From Octopus vulgaris (Eukaryota), in assembly GCA_951406725.2 (NCBI GenBank), contig OX597817.1:79980001-80044000 (forward strand): a stretch of DNA of 64,000 nucleotides, given 5' to 3'. This document shows, in pieces, positions 53,395 to 64,000 of this stretch. Numbering within the stretch: position 1 is the stretch's first letter; each line of letters begins with the position of its first letter. Under the pieces are notes generated by a model. That model saw only the letters and a list, made by a program, of their open reading frames with translations, made no database searches and was not told the origin of the DNA. A program made the translations under genes and the position numbers.

Positions 53395-54275
53395 TTGGTG
53401 TCGTCCCATAAATAATGCAGTTTTTTATACTTCTATTAGTTTTCAAAACTGAGATAAACAAAGTTCTTTTTTAACCTAAAATATACTCTCCTTCATTTTT
53501 TACAATGCTTTTCAATCTGACTGGTAGACTTGCAAGATCCCTCTTCCAAAATTCACCTACCTATGATGAAAAGTACTCCTCCAGTACTCTTCTGACCTCA
53601 TCAACAGATTTCATATATTTTCCATCCAAATGATCTTGAAGACTGCTGAATAAATGATAATCCAGTGAATATGGTGTGTGAGGCATCATTCCCCATTCAA
53701 ACTGCTCTAGCCTTTTGAATGTCATCCTTGCTGTATGGGGCAGAGCATTATTCTGATGGATCTTGAAATCAAAGACAGTCGTTTTCCTTCTAGGGCTGAC
53801 TTGAATAACTGGTTGAATGACCAAATACAAGCTTCTCGGCTAGCTCCTCAACAGTTATGATGGAATTTCGTTCCACCAGGGCTTGCAGGGCTTCCTTGTC
53901 AAGCTCTACAGTTCTTCCAGGATGAGTCTCATCTAGGCTGTAGTTTCTGGCTCAGAATTTCTAGAATCATCACTGACACTGGGTTTATGCTTCTTGTCCA
54001 ATCCTCATATACTGCATCAATATTCTTCACATTTTTTGTTGTGATGTTGCCTTTAATGGACTCATAAAGCAAAATATGCTGAATATGCTCTTTTGTCAAT
54101 TTCATTACAGCTTTGAAAAAATAACTGCTTAAATCGAACTGCACTCTTCAAAATTTGCAGTAAGAATAAGCCCAAGGTAAAATTACTACCTGCATTTATA
54201 GCAAGTTGATGGAGGTAGTTTATTGCATCCCTCTCCAACTTTTAGTTCCTGCAATTGACAAAAAAACACCTCATT
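53395..54275 (-). mobile_element. Second, internally deleted copy of mariner family 1
   Basis: TIR GTCCCATAAATAATGCAG; MKLTKEHIQHILLYE.. and HQNNALPH..FEW.MMPHTPYS match 26153-27397. Confidence 0.9.
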
Positions 54276-54784
54276 CTTAAATAAACTTCTTAAAAACCCC
54301 ATGTTCATTTTAAACTTCATTTTTTACATAAATATCATTTATATTGCCACATGACATTCACTGGACAAGTACAGCTTTAACTTTTCAGGCAATTATTGTT
54401 CAGTCATACACACAAACATACATAGAGTATACACACACACACACACACACTCACATATATATATATATATATATACACACACGCAGACACATATATATAC
54501 ATATATAAATACACATATATATACATATATCCAGGTCTACATACATGCAAATGTATATATTCATTCATCGTCATATTAACATTCACTTTTGCATGTATGG
54601 GTTGGACAGAGGTTACTGAGGCAGATTTTCTATACCTAGATGTAATTCTTGTCACCATCCCTGATCTGTTTCTGGGCAAGTTAATATTTTCCACTGGCCT
54701 AAAATCTTTTTCAGAATAATGGAATTGAATAGCATACATTTACAACAACCATGTGCTGTCAATACAAGAAGACACAAACATACA

Positions 54785-56537
54785 TAGTTCATCCAAGAAG
54801 TGTCCAGCCCTTGGGCATTGAAAAAAATAGCAAACAATTTTGTACAATATTTAATCTCTTTAAGTGTTTCTGCCACTGCTTGTAATACATCTGGAACACC
54901 TTTGCCAGAATGCTATGGAACACTGGTAATTTCCTCTTGTGTTTCAAATGGCTTCCCTTTCAGTGTGGTTTTCAGTTTGTGGAAGAGCCAGAAGTTATAC
55001 AATGCCAAGTCCGAAGAGTCAAATAAGTGGTGTGTTGTTCTTGACCAGGAAACCTTGGATTATGTGGATGGAATGATGGGTGCATTGTGATGAATTTTCC
55101 AATCCTTCATTGCCCTCATGTCTGGCCGATTTTGACACACAGCATCACTAAAGTGACATATAACCTCCAGATAGTATTCCTTATTGATGGTTTAGCCTCG
55201 TAGTGCACATTCAGGATGTACAATACCATGTGAGTCTAAGAAACAGGTCAATATTACCTTCACATTGCTACAAACCTATCATGCTTTTTGGACCTTGTTT
55301 CCATCAAGAGAACTGGAACCATGTCTTCTTGATCATAGCCATAAACCCATGTCTCATTACCCTTGATGATGGTTTTCATGAAAGTTTGCACAATCCAGCA
55401 TGTCATGAGCGATTTCTATGCCGAGTTGCTTCTTTTACTCTGCCAGCACCTTGCAGATGAATTGTGCTAACACTTTCTGCATGCACAAATCCTCCATTAA
55501 AATGGGATGCCCTGATCATGTGCTTATTCACACTTCATAAGTACAATAAATCCTCGAGTATAATCCGCATTTTTTCCCCAAAATTTAAAGGTCAAAATCC
55601 CTAGTGCATACTATATACGCGGTTAAAAATGAAAAAATATTTTCTAAGCAATGTCTGAGTCTCTGTTTGCTGTCCGGTAATGTTTATTCAGACGCGTTTT
55701 GTGATGTAGGGTGCGAAAATACCTGAAGCTAAGTCTGAAAGCAATGAAGTAATAAAAGGATCATCCATAACTTGCAGTAAGCAACATTTATTAAAATAAA
55801 AGTATTCAGAACACAGAATAACATGTAACAAACACAATTTGCAAACATTTACATTCCCATATAACAGTTAAGAACACCACCATTACTGTATTACACATAC
55901 ACGGAAGAGTTTGTTTGACTAGGTGCTGCTGGCTTAATTACACACGACTCAAGTTAGAGAAGGAGTGTGTATTACACACAAGGTTTAGGTTTTTCAGAAG
56001 CACAGCCCCCTAAAAATCCCCTGCATATTATACTCAAGGGCAGACTATGCTCGAAGATTTATGGTAATTTCCTGAACTGTTACATGATGTTCTTCTATGA
56101 CTATTTGCCAAACCATTTCAATAGGCTCCTCATTTCAGCTTGTGAATAACTTGCCTAAGAGTGCCTCACACCCTCCTGAAATGAAGCCATGTCTGAAGTG
56201 GTTGTACCACTCTTTTATCTGAGTTTCATTCATGGCATCATTGCCAAAGGCTTGCTGAATCCTCTGGATATTTTGAGCTTGGGTAACCCAAACATTTGCC
56301 AAAACTTGATGCAATATCTTTGTTTGATACGCTCAGTGAAAATGAATATCTAACCAGCATGCAGCACATGTCTGTATTATAAGCATAACAGTCAGGAACT
56401 AATGCAGCCTATAGGCACAAAATTTTCCGATAAGCATAGGAAGGATGGCATCCCTTCCCATGCAAACGATTTTGCACACAATGCATTAGTTTTGGAAGGG
56501 TAAAATAATGTTGGATACCTTTTGGATGCAACTTGTG
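54785..56537 (-). mobile_element. Old mariner, family 3, split by a nested Tc2/pogo-like element
   Basis: TERIKQRYCIKF..IQQAFGNDAM..IKEWYNHF; IIKGNETWVYGYD; terminal remnants CATCCAAGAAGTGTCCA / TGGATACCTTTTGGATG. Confidence 0.8.
55544..56064. mobile_element. Tc2/pogo-like non-autonomous DNA transposon with TA target duplication
   Basis: TA|CAATAAATCCTCGAGTATAATCCGC ... GCAGACTATGCTCGAAGATTTATGG|TA; removing it rejoins the host mariner frame (HVTVQEI-TYEV). Confidence 0.8.
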
Positions 56538-56814
56538 TGAACAGTCACACACATACACACACACAAACATATATATATCTATGTATATAATGGGCTTCTG
56601 TCAGTTTCCATCAACAAAATACACTCACAAGGCTCTGGTTGGCCTATGGGTATAGATGACATATTCCTAAGATACCCTGCAGTGGGACTGAACTGAAAAC
56701 TGTGGTTGGTAAGTAAAATTTTAACTGCACAGCCTTGGCTGTATGACTAAGTGGGTTCACACACACACTCACACAAGCAAGCACACTCATACACACAAGC
56801 ACACACCGACACAC

Positions 56815-56860
<46 letters not shown>

Positions 56861-57540
56861 GTGGCACGTAAAAGCAACAGCCGCTCGTGTCCGTTGCCAG
56901 CCTCGGCTGGCCCCCGTGCCAGTGACACGTAAAAGCACCGTCCGTTCGTGGCCGTTTGCCAGCTCTGTCTGGCAACCGTGTCGGTGGCACGTAAAAGCAC
57001 CATCCGTTCGTGTCCGTTGCCAGCCTCGGCTGGCCCCCGTGCCGGTGACACGTAAAAGCACCGTCCATTCGTGGCCGTTTGCCAGATCTGTCTGGCCCCG
57101 TGTCGGTGGCACGTAAAAGCACCATCCGTTCGTGTTCGTTGTCGGCCTCGGCTGGCCCCCGTGCCAGTGACACGTAAAAGCACCGTCCGTTCGTGGCCGT
57201 TTGCCAGCTCTGTCTGGCCCCGTGTCGGTGGCACGTAAAAGCACCATCCGTTCGTGTCCGTTGCCAGCATCGCCTGGCCCCGTGCCGGTGACACGTAAAA
57301 GCACCATCCATTCATGGCCGTTCGCCAGCTCTGTCTGGCACCTGTGCAGGTGGCACGTAAAAAACACCCACTACACTCGCGGAGTGGTTGGCGTTAGGAA
57401 GGGCATCCAGCCATAGAAACACTGCCAGATCTGACTGGGCCTGACGAAGCCTTCCAGCTTCACAGACCCCAGTTGACCCGTCCAACCCATGCTAGCATGG
57501 AAAACAGACGCTAAATGATGATGATGATGATGATGATGAG
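56861..57540 (+). mobile_element. RTE 3' UTR fragment with an expanded ~61-bp minisatellite (8 units, alternating A/B types) and (GAT)n tail
   Basis: Units start G(G/A)CACGTAAAAGC at 56863, 56924, 56986, 57047, 57108, 57169, 57230, 57290, 57352; followed by the RTE terminus. Confidence 0.92.
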
Positions 57541-58021
57541 ACACACACACATATACACACATTATTTTAATGAGATACATCTTGTAATCACCTGAGGAGA
57601 CAGATCTACACCGACAGATACACTTAAACCAGTTGTTAACTATCCCACTCATGAAGGATCAATGCTGCATGGGTCGAACCCATTGTAGCGATCAATAAAC
57701 TTCCTCATATCTTCCATCTCCCATCTCTCTCATTAATCAAAGATACACACACACACACATATACGTGTGTACACAATGGGATTCATTCAGTTTCCATCAA
57801 CAAAATCCACTAAGAAGTCTTCCTAGGGCTACAGCAGGAGACACTTGCCCAAAGTGCCATGCAGTGAGACTGAACCTGGAACCATGTGGAGTGAAAGCAA
57901 ACTTCCTACCATACAGCCACACATGTATGAATGCTGATGATGCAGTCAAAACAGATTTGAGTGCACATACATACATGTGGCTAGTTCTGTGCCCACAGAT
58001 TCTCAGACTCACAGACACACA

Positions 58022-58093
<72 letters not shown>

Positions 58094-58635
58094 TATACTC
58101 ATGCTAACAGGCACCAATAAATTGTACTTATACTAAGAGAAATTTGAACATCACCATTCTCTAGAATCGAACTAATGAATACATTTAATCTAACACTCAT
58201 ACATAGAGACACAGACACACATATGCAAAAACACACAGATATATGCATTCATGCAATCACAGTCATATGTTTATTTAAGCAAACACACAGAAAAGCACAC
58301 ACACACATACACACACACACAAACATATGCACCCACACACATGTACACATGTACGTTCAGGTCTCTATTTTTAACTCCTATAATTCCAAGAAGTATAGGA
58401 ATCTCAGAAACATTGTTCACAATGATTTAGCTTCTTTCATCTCTATAGAAAGTTCCAAATAATTGAACAATGCACTTAATAATCGACACTTCATTTTACC
58501 ATTCCTATTTCTGTACAACTAACCAATACCTTTGTCTTTGCAGCCTTGTTTTTACTTCTTTGTATTGTTTTGCATTCTCATACATGCATAAATGTATATA
58601 TTATATATGTGTATGCTTGTATATATGTATGTATG

Positions 58636-58723
<88 letters not shown>

Positions 58724-58801
58724 TATATATAAGCATATATATATATACACATATATTGGTACTTATATATATATATATATATATTTAAATATATATGTGT
58801 G

Positions 58802-58844
<43 letters not shown>

Positions 58845-59558
58845 TCTCTTTATCTCTATGATATTTTTCTATTGCTTTTTTGCCAACCTACCCACTACAA
58901 TTTTTGCAGAGACAGTCAGTGAATGCAAAGAAAAGGTAGGTTTGCAGTGCATATCCATATTTTGAAACAAAATAGCTGACTAGAATGGATAAAGTATTGA
59001 AGTATTGACAGTGCAGTCACAGAGGTCTCCAGTTCAAATCTAAAGTAATTTTTTAGCAAGACATACCATTAAACATATATCTGTATTTCATAGCAGGTGG
59101 TTCAGGTCAGATTAAGTAACAGCTTGCTTCAAAGTGTTTCCTAGGATTAGACTGGAGTTATAAAACTTGAACCTATGGTTAGATATGTGATGAGAACACC
59201 TGTATAGATTCTTTCTTAAATTTACATGTTTAATGCCATGAATTTTTAAGAACACCGTTCATTGCAATACACATAATTTATTAATGAACATAAATATACA
59301 TACATGTACACACATACACACAATGCACACACACTCTAATATTATTTATTCTAGGAGATGACAAGGGAGTCTTTACCTTATATATATATATCCAACTTCA
59401 GGGAGCAGAACAGGTAAAATCCAGGCTATATATGTTTCCTGTCTAGCAGTTCCTCTTCCTCATTGAGTAATTATTACATCAGAGAATCTGCTAGCTGGAA
59501 AACATATGTAGCTTGGACCTTACCTCCCTCAATTTGGATTTTTATTTGCATTCATATC

Positions 59559-59599
<41 letters not shown>

Positions 59600-59650
59600 G
59601 TATGTATATCATATATACTAATCAAAGTGTATAGTATTAAATATCCATTA

Positions 59651-59745
59651 CAGCCGATCTAACCAATTGGTTTCAGATTAGGGGTTCAACGGAGTATTAT
59701 ATAACTGTCCAATTATGTAAACCTGCACTCATCAGAGGTAGCTAA
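59651..59745 (-). ncRNA. Degenerate type I hammerhead motif
   Basis: Minus strand: TAGCTACCT CTGATGA [54 nt, partly paired] GAAA CCAATTGG TT AGATCGGCTG. Confidence 0.55.
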
Positions 59746-59828
59746 GTGGACGTTTTTCCTGACTTATGGACTCTTAGAGAGCTTACACACAAGCAAACAT
59801 ATATACACAGACACACTCACACACACAT

Positions 59829-59861
<33 letters not shown>

Positions 59862-60469
59862 GAGAGAGAGAGAGTGAGAGAGAGTGTTGGGGTAGGAAAC
59901 AAATGAAAGGTGATCTGAGAATCCAGACAGTTACTTCAGTAAATAATCCTGCAAATACCAGTGACCAGACAATATAGAAAGAAACAATGCTTCAGTAGGA
60001 AAGAAGGAAAACCCAGGATATTTTCTTGAGCTGCATAGTATGAAATAATGAGTAAAAGAATATATCACAGCTATTCCTTAGTTGCACATAGGTCAAATAA
60101 ATCATGTAACAAACTGGAAAGTATGAATATAGATAATGATTATGTAATACAAACGAAATAATATAGATTATATAACATGAAACTAATAGTCATGATCAAA
60201 TGAGTAAATTAATGTCTTTATTTATTCATTCATTCAAGCTGAAATGACCATGGTTTTATGTAATATAATCAATATTACATAATCATTACTTATATTCGTG
60301 TTTTCCAGCTTGTTAAATGATTTATTTAATGTGTATGTTGCTGAAACAGCTGTAACCATGGGAGAAATGCAATACCGGTACCTCCATTCTTTTGTTTGTT
60401 ACATATGTATATGTATATATATCTATATATCTCTCTCTTTCTATATATATATATATATATAATTTGTAT

Positions 60470-60504
<35 letters not shown>

Positions 60505-60752
60505 TACACACATATATATAAATAAATGCACCCTTTTAAAGCCTAGCCAGGCTCATGGGCCTGGTTTCCCGGTTTCAATGGTGTATGTGTTCCCCAGCTG
60601 GATGGGACACCAGTCCATCGCAGTGTTACTAATTTTTGCAACGTGAAATGAAGGGTTTTGCTCAAGAACACAACGTGTCGCCCAGTCCAGGAATCAAAGT
60701 CACAATCTCACGATCATGATTCTGACACCCTAACCACTAAGCCATGCACCTT

Positions 60753-60790
<38 letters not shown>

Positions 60791-60792
60791 CA

Positions 60793-60975
60793 CAGGGTAT
60801 GATGGGTAAATTGTGCCCAGTTTATACTTTTAATTTCATGCATGCACATTATTTCTTTTGGATTTTGTTGACTACACCATATAGTAGGGCCAGCTGGACA
60901 TCATCTGTGAGAAAAACAGTACCATGATACAATTCGCTCTGCTAGAGATCTGGAAACGATATGCTGCAGTGTTTG
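60793..60975 (+). mobile_element. Left-end fragment of the DD37D element
   Basis: CAGGGTATGATGGGTAAATTG..TTTAATTTCATGCATGCAC matches 30237+ and 52780-52910. Confidence 0.82.
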
Positions 60976-61424
60976 CTGGAACCATGTGGCTGGTAAGCAA
61001 GCTACTTAGCACACAGCCACTTCTGCACCTATGCTATTGACAACAGTACTTGATTGTGGTGCTTTAGTTCATCAAACTTGCAGTGATGAAAGACTCAATT
61101 GACCTCACCAGGATTTGAACTTATGTTGTAAAGAATTGGTACAGGCACTGCAGAGTATTTTGCTTGGCACACTAACAATTCTGACAACTCACTAATCTCA
61201 ATTCCTGTGAAAAGAAGATGTTTGATTCAGCTTTCATCTTACACTTGTTTCAATCATTGAACTGCAACCAAGCCTTGAAGGGTTTTCGGGAAACAAGTTG
61301 ACCGCAGTACTTATGTTCTTAAAATCTGGTCCCTATTCTATCAATCCCCAATGTTGAACTGCATTGTATTTAATAACTATTAATATTCGTTCTAATGACT
61401 GCATTTTACATGTAAATTCTGTAT

Positions 61425-61820
61425 CTCTTTCTCTTTTCTCTTTTGCTTGTTTCAGTCATTTGACTGCAGCCATGCTGGAGCACTGCCTTTAGTCAAGCAA
61501 ATCGACCCCGGGACTTATTCTTTGTAAGCCCAGTACTTACTCTATCAGTCTCTTTTGCCAAATCGCTAAGTGACGGAAATGTAAACACACCAGCATTGGT
61601 TGTCAAGCAATTCTAGGGGGACAAACACAGACACACATATATATACATATACATATATATACGAATGGCTTCTTTCAGTTTCCGTCTACCAAATGCACTC
61701 ACAAGGCACTGGTCGGCCCGGGGCTATAGCAGAAGACACTTGCCCAAGATGTCATGCAGTGGGACTGAACCCGGAACCATGTGGTTGGTTAGCAAGCTAC
61801 TTACCATACAGCCACTCCTA
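61425..61820 (-). mobile_element. SINE family A, full length; further partial minus copies at 56590-56742, 57780-57922, 60975-61030
   Basis: Near-identical layout to 1351-1769. Confidence 0.92.
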
Positions 61821-62651
61821 TATTAAATTCTATAAGAATTATTAATTAGATTACTCATATTATTATTAATATTAGCAAGCCAGATAATGGCTTCAGCAGT
61901 ATTTCCTCTGTCTTTATGTTTTGAGATCACATGTTGCTAAAGTCAACTTTACCTTTCATCCTTTTGGGGTCAATAAAATAAACACCAGTTCGGAACTGGG
62001 GTTGACTTACCCCTCCCCTAAATTTCAGGCCTTTCGTCTATGACAGAAAGAATTATTATTCTTTTCTTCTCTAGGCACAAGGCCAGAAATTTGGGGGAGG
62101 GAGCCAGTCAATTAGATCAATGCCAGTATGCAACTGGTACTTAATTTATCAACCCCGAAAGGATGAAAGGCAAAGTCGAACTCAGAACTCAGAACGTAAA
62201 GACAAAAGAAATTCCGCTAAGCATTTCACCTGCTGTGCTAACATTTCTTTGCTCACCAGACAAAATACTCAGCAGTATTTTATCTGTCTTTATGTTCTAA
62301 ATTCAAATACTGCCATGGTCAACTTAGTCTTTTATTTTTCAGAGTTGACTAAACAGTACCAGTGGAACATGGGGTCAATATAATTGACTAGCCCCCTTCC
62401 CCCCAAATTGCTGGTCTTATGGCAAAATTCGAAACTATCATCATCATCATCATTATTATTAATATTAAAAGCAACGAGCTGACAGAGTTGTTAGCACGCA
62501 GGACAAAATGCTTAAATAATACCAGTTACGCACTGGGGTCGATGGTAATCGACTTAATCCCTTCCCCCAAATTTGAGGCCTTGTGCTTCCAGAAGAAAGG
62601 ATTATTACTATTATTATTATTATTATTATTATTATTATGATTATTATTATA

Positions 62652-63165
62652 ATTGAGTGAGAGAGCAGTGCATGCCATCAAAGTGACACTGGGGTAAAAT
62701 ACACAAAGCCCAGTATACCCATCATGACTACCCATCTGATAAGGGTACACTAGGCACATGCATCACAACCATATATGTGCAACATGGTGATCTCATATCA
62801 AGATTAACAGCACATGACTTTGCAGGTGGGGCCCATTCAGAATTTTCTTCTGGTCGAGTAACCCATCCAACTCAAAAGGTCCCTGAATAAGGGTTGTTTA
62901 AGGATGTTGAACGAAACATCCATGTTTACAGAGGTGAATTATTCAAACCCCAAAGAATTCCTCTCAACACATGGCTATGATGCTCCCCCACTACTTCTGC
63001 TCGTGATCAGAGATGTACATATCATCAGCCCCTAAGGGACATGCTCAACTGGATAAGGTAAAAAAACTGACAAGCAAATCAGTGGTATTGAGCAGAATAT
63101 TTGCTGTAGCCAATCTTTTATACCAAGACAAAACAATGTACATAACACTGTTTTGTCCATTGTTT
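62652..63165 (-). mobile_element. Probable non-LTR retroelement 3' UTR embedded in a (TAA)n microsatellite
   Basis: About 510 bp of higher-GC sequence flanked on both sides by (TTA)n (62600-62651 and 63170-63240); minus strand ends GCACTGCTCTCTCACTCAATTATAATAATAAT. Confidence 0.5.
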
Positions 63166-63183
63166 TGTCTTTATTATTATTAC

Positions 63184-63240
<57 letters not shown>

Positions 63241-64000
63241 CATCATCATCAGCAGCAGCAGCATCAGAGCTGCACTTTAATAAACTGAGTGTACTCTGGG
63301 ACTATGTCACTAATATAAATTGAAAGATACATTATTGAGACGTATTTGATTTGTGTGTGTGTGTGTGTACATATGTATATGTATATATGTATATTATATA
63401 TATATATATGTATATGCATATGTATGTATATATATATACATATATATAATATATGCATATACATTTTTACTTTTTTAATTCTTTGACACATTTTGTTTAT
63501 TTAACCATGATGGATTTGTCATTTTTGTATATTTAGTAAATTAATGAATTTTTTCTATATTTTGTTTTCTGTTTTTATTCCATGTTTTTTTTAATCTAAT
63601 TTATTTATTATTCTTTATATAATATAATTTGTTACTACCATTTTCTAATAGATTTGATATCAATTTTTTGCATTTTGTTTTCTAAGTTAATGATGGATGA
63701 TGATGTATTCATATAGTTTTTCTTTCCTCTTTTACTTATAATTGAATTCTTTCAGTAAAGAAAATGATTACTAACCAAGGAATAATGCTTCATCACTGGA
63801 ATCTAGATGAAAGCAATAGTAAAGACTTAAATTTTGAATTTCAGAAAAGTCTTGCATATTTTTACCATTCCACTTACAGGTTGCAATTAGCAAAATCCAA
63901 GGTACCTACTGAAATATCTATGTGCAAACACCAGCTTTTTGAAGTTATCCTTTAGGCGTTTAGTAACATAGACAAGCACCAAAATAATAATGGGTAGAAA

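Noticed and set aside
56644-57367. CRISPR-like array or repeat-protein ORFs
   Set aside because: Units are contiguous with no unique spacers, there are no cas genes, the context is eukaryotic, and the unit belongs to the RTE 3' UTR.

Overview
Eukaryotic, very AT-rich DNA saturated with (TA)n/(CA)n/(GATA)n and trinucleotide microsatellites. The repeat inventory looks like an octopus (coleoid cephalopod) intron or intergenic region; this is inference from composition and repeat types, not a database match. I cannot support any host protein-coding gene, and nearly all ORFs in the track are microsatellite translations. The window is a transposon graveyard. It holds three tRNA-type SINE families, fragments of RTE, BovB-like RTE, Tx1/L1 and CR1-like LINEs, decayed DD34D mariners, DD37D (maT-like) elements, MITEs (mariner, Tc2/pogo-like, piggyBac-like), two non-autonomous Helitrons, and the 3' part of a Penelope-like element (PLE) with a GIY-YIG endonuclease. 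The most interesting signal, invisible in the ORF track, is a set of type I hammerhead ribozyme (HHR) motifs in at least six unrelated small repeats, mostly inserted in (TA)n and often as fold-back inverted duplications. The best case is 30901-31710: a hairpin-rich 363-nt unit bounded exactly by two predicted HHR cleavage positions, with a variant CCGAUGA core. It is a candidate retrozyme / circular-RNA replicon, plausibly mobilised by PLE enzymes like the one at 16835-18350.
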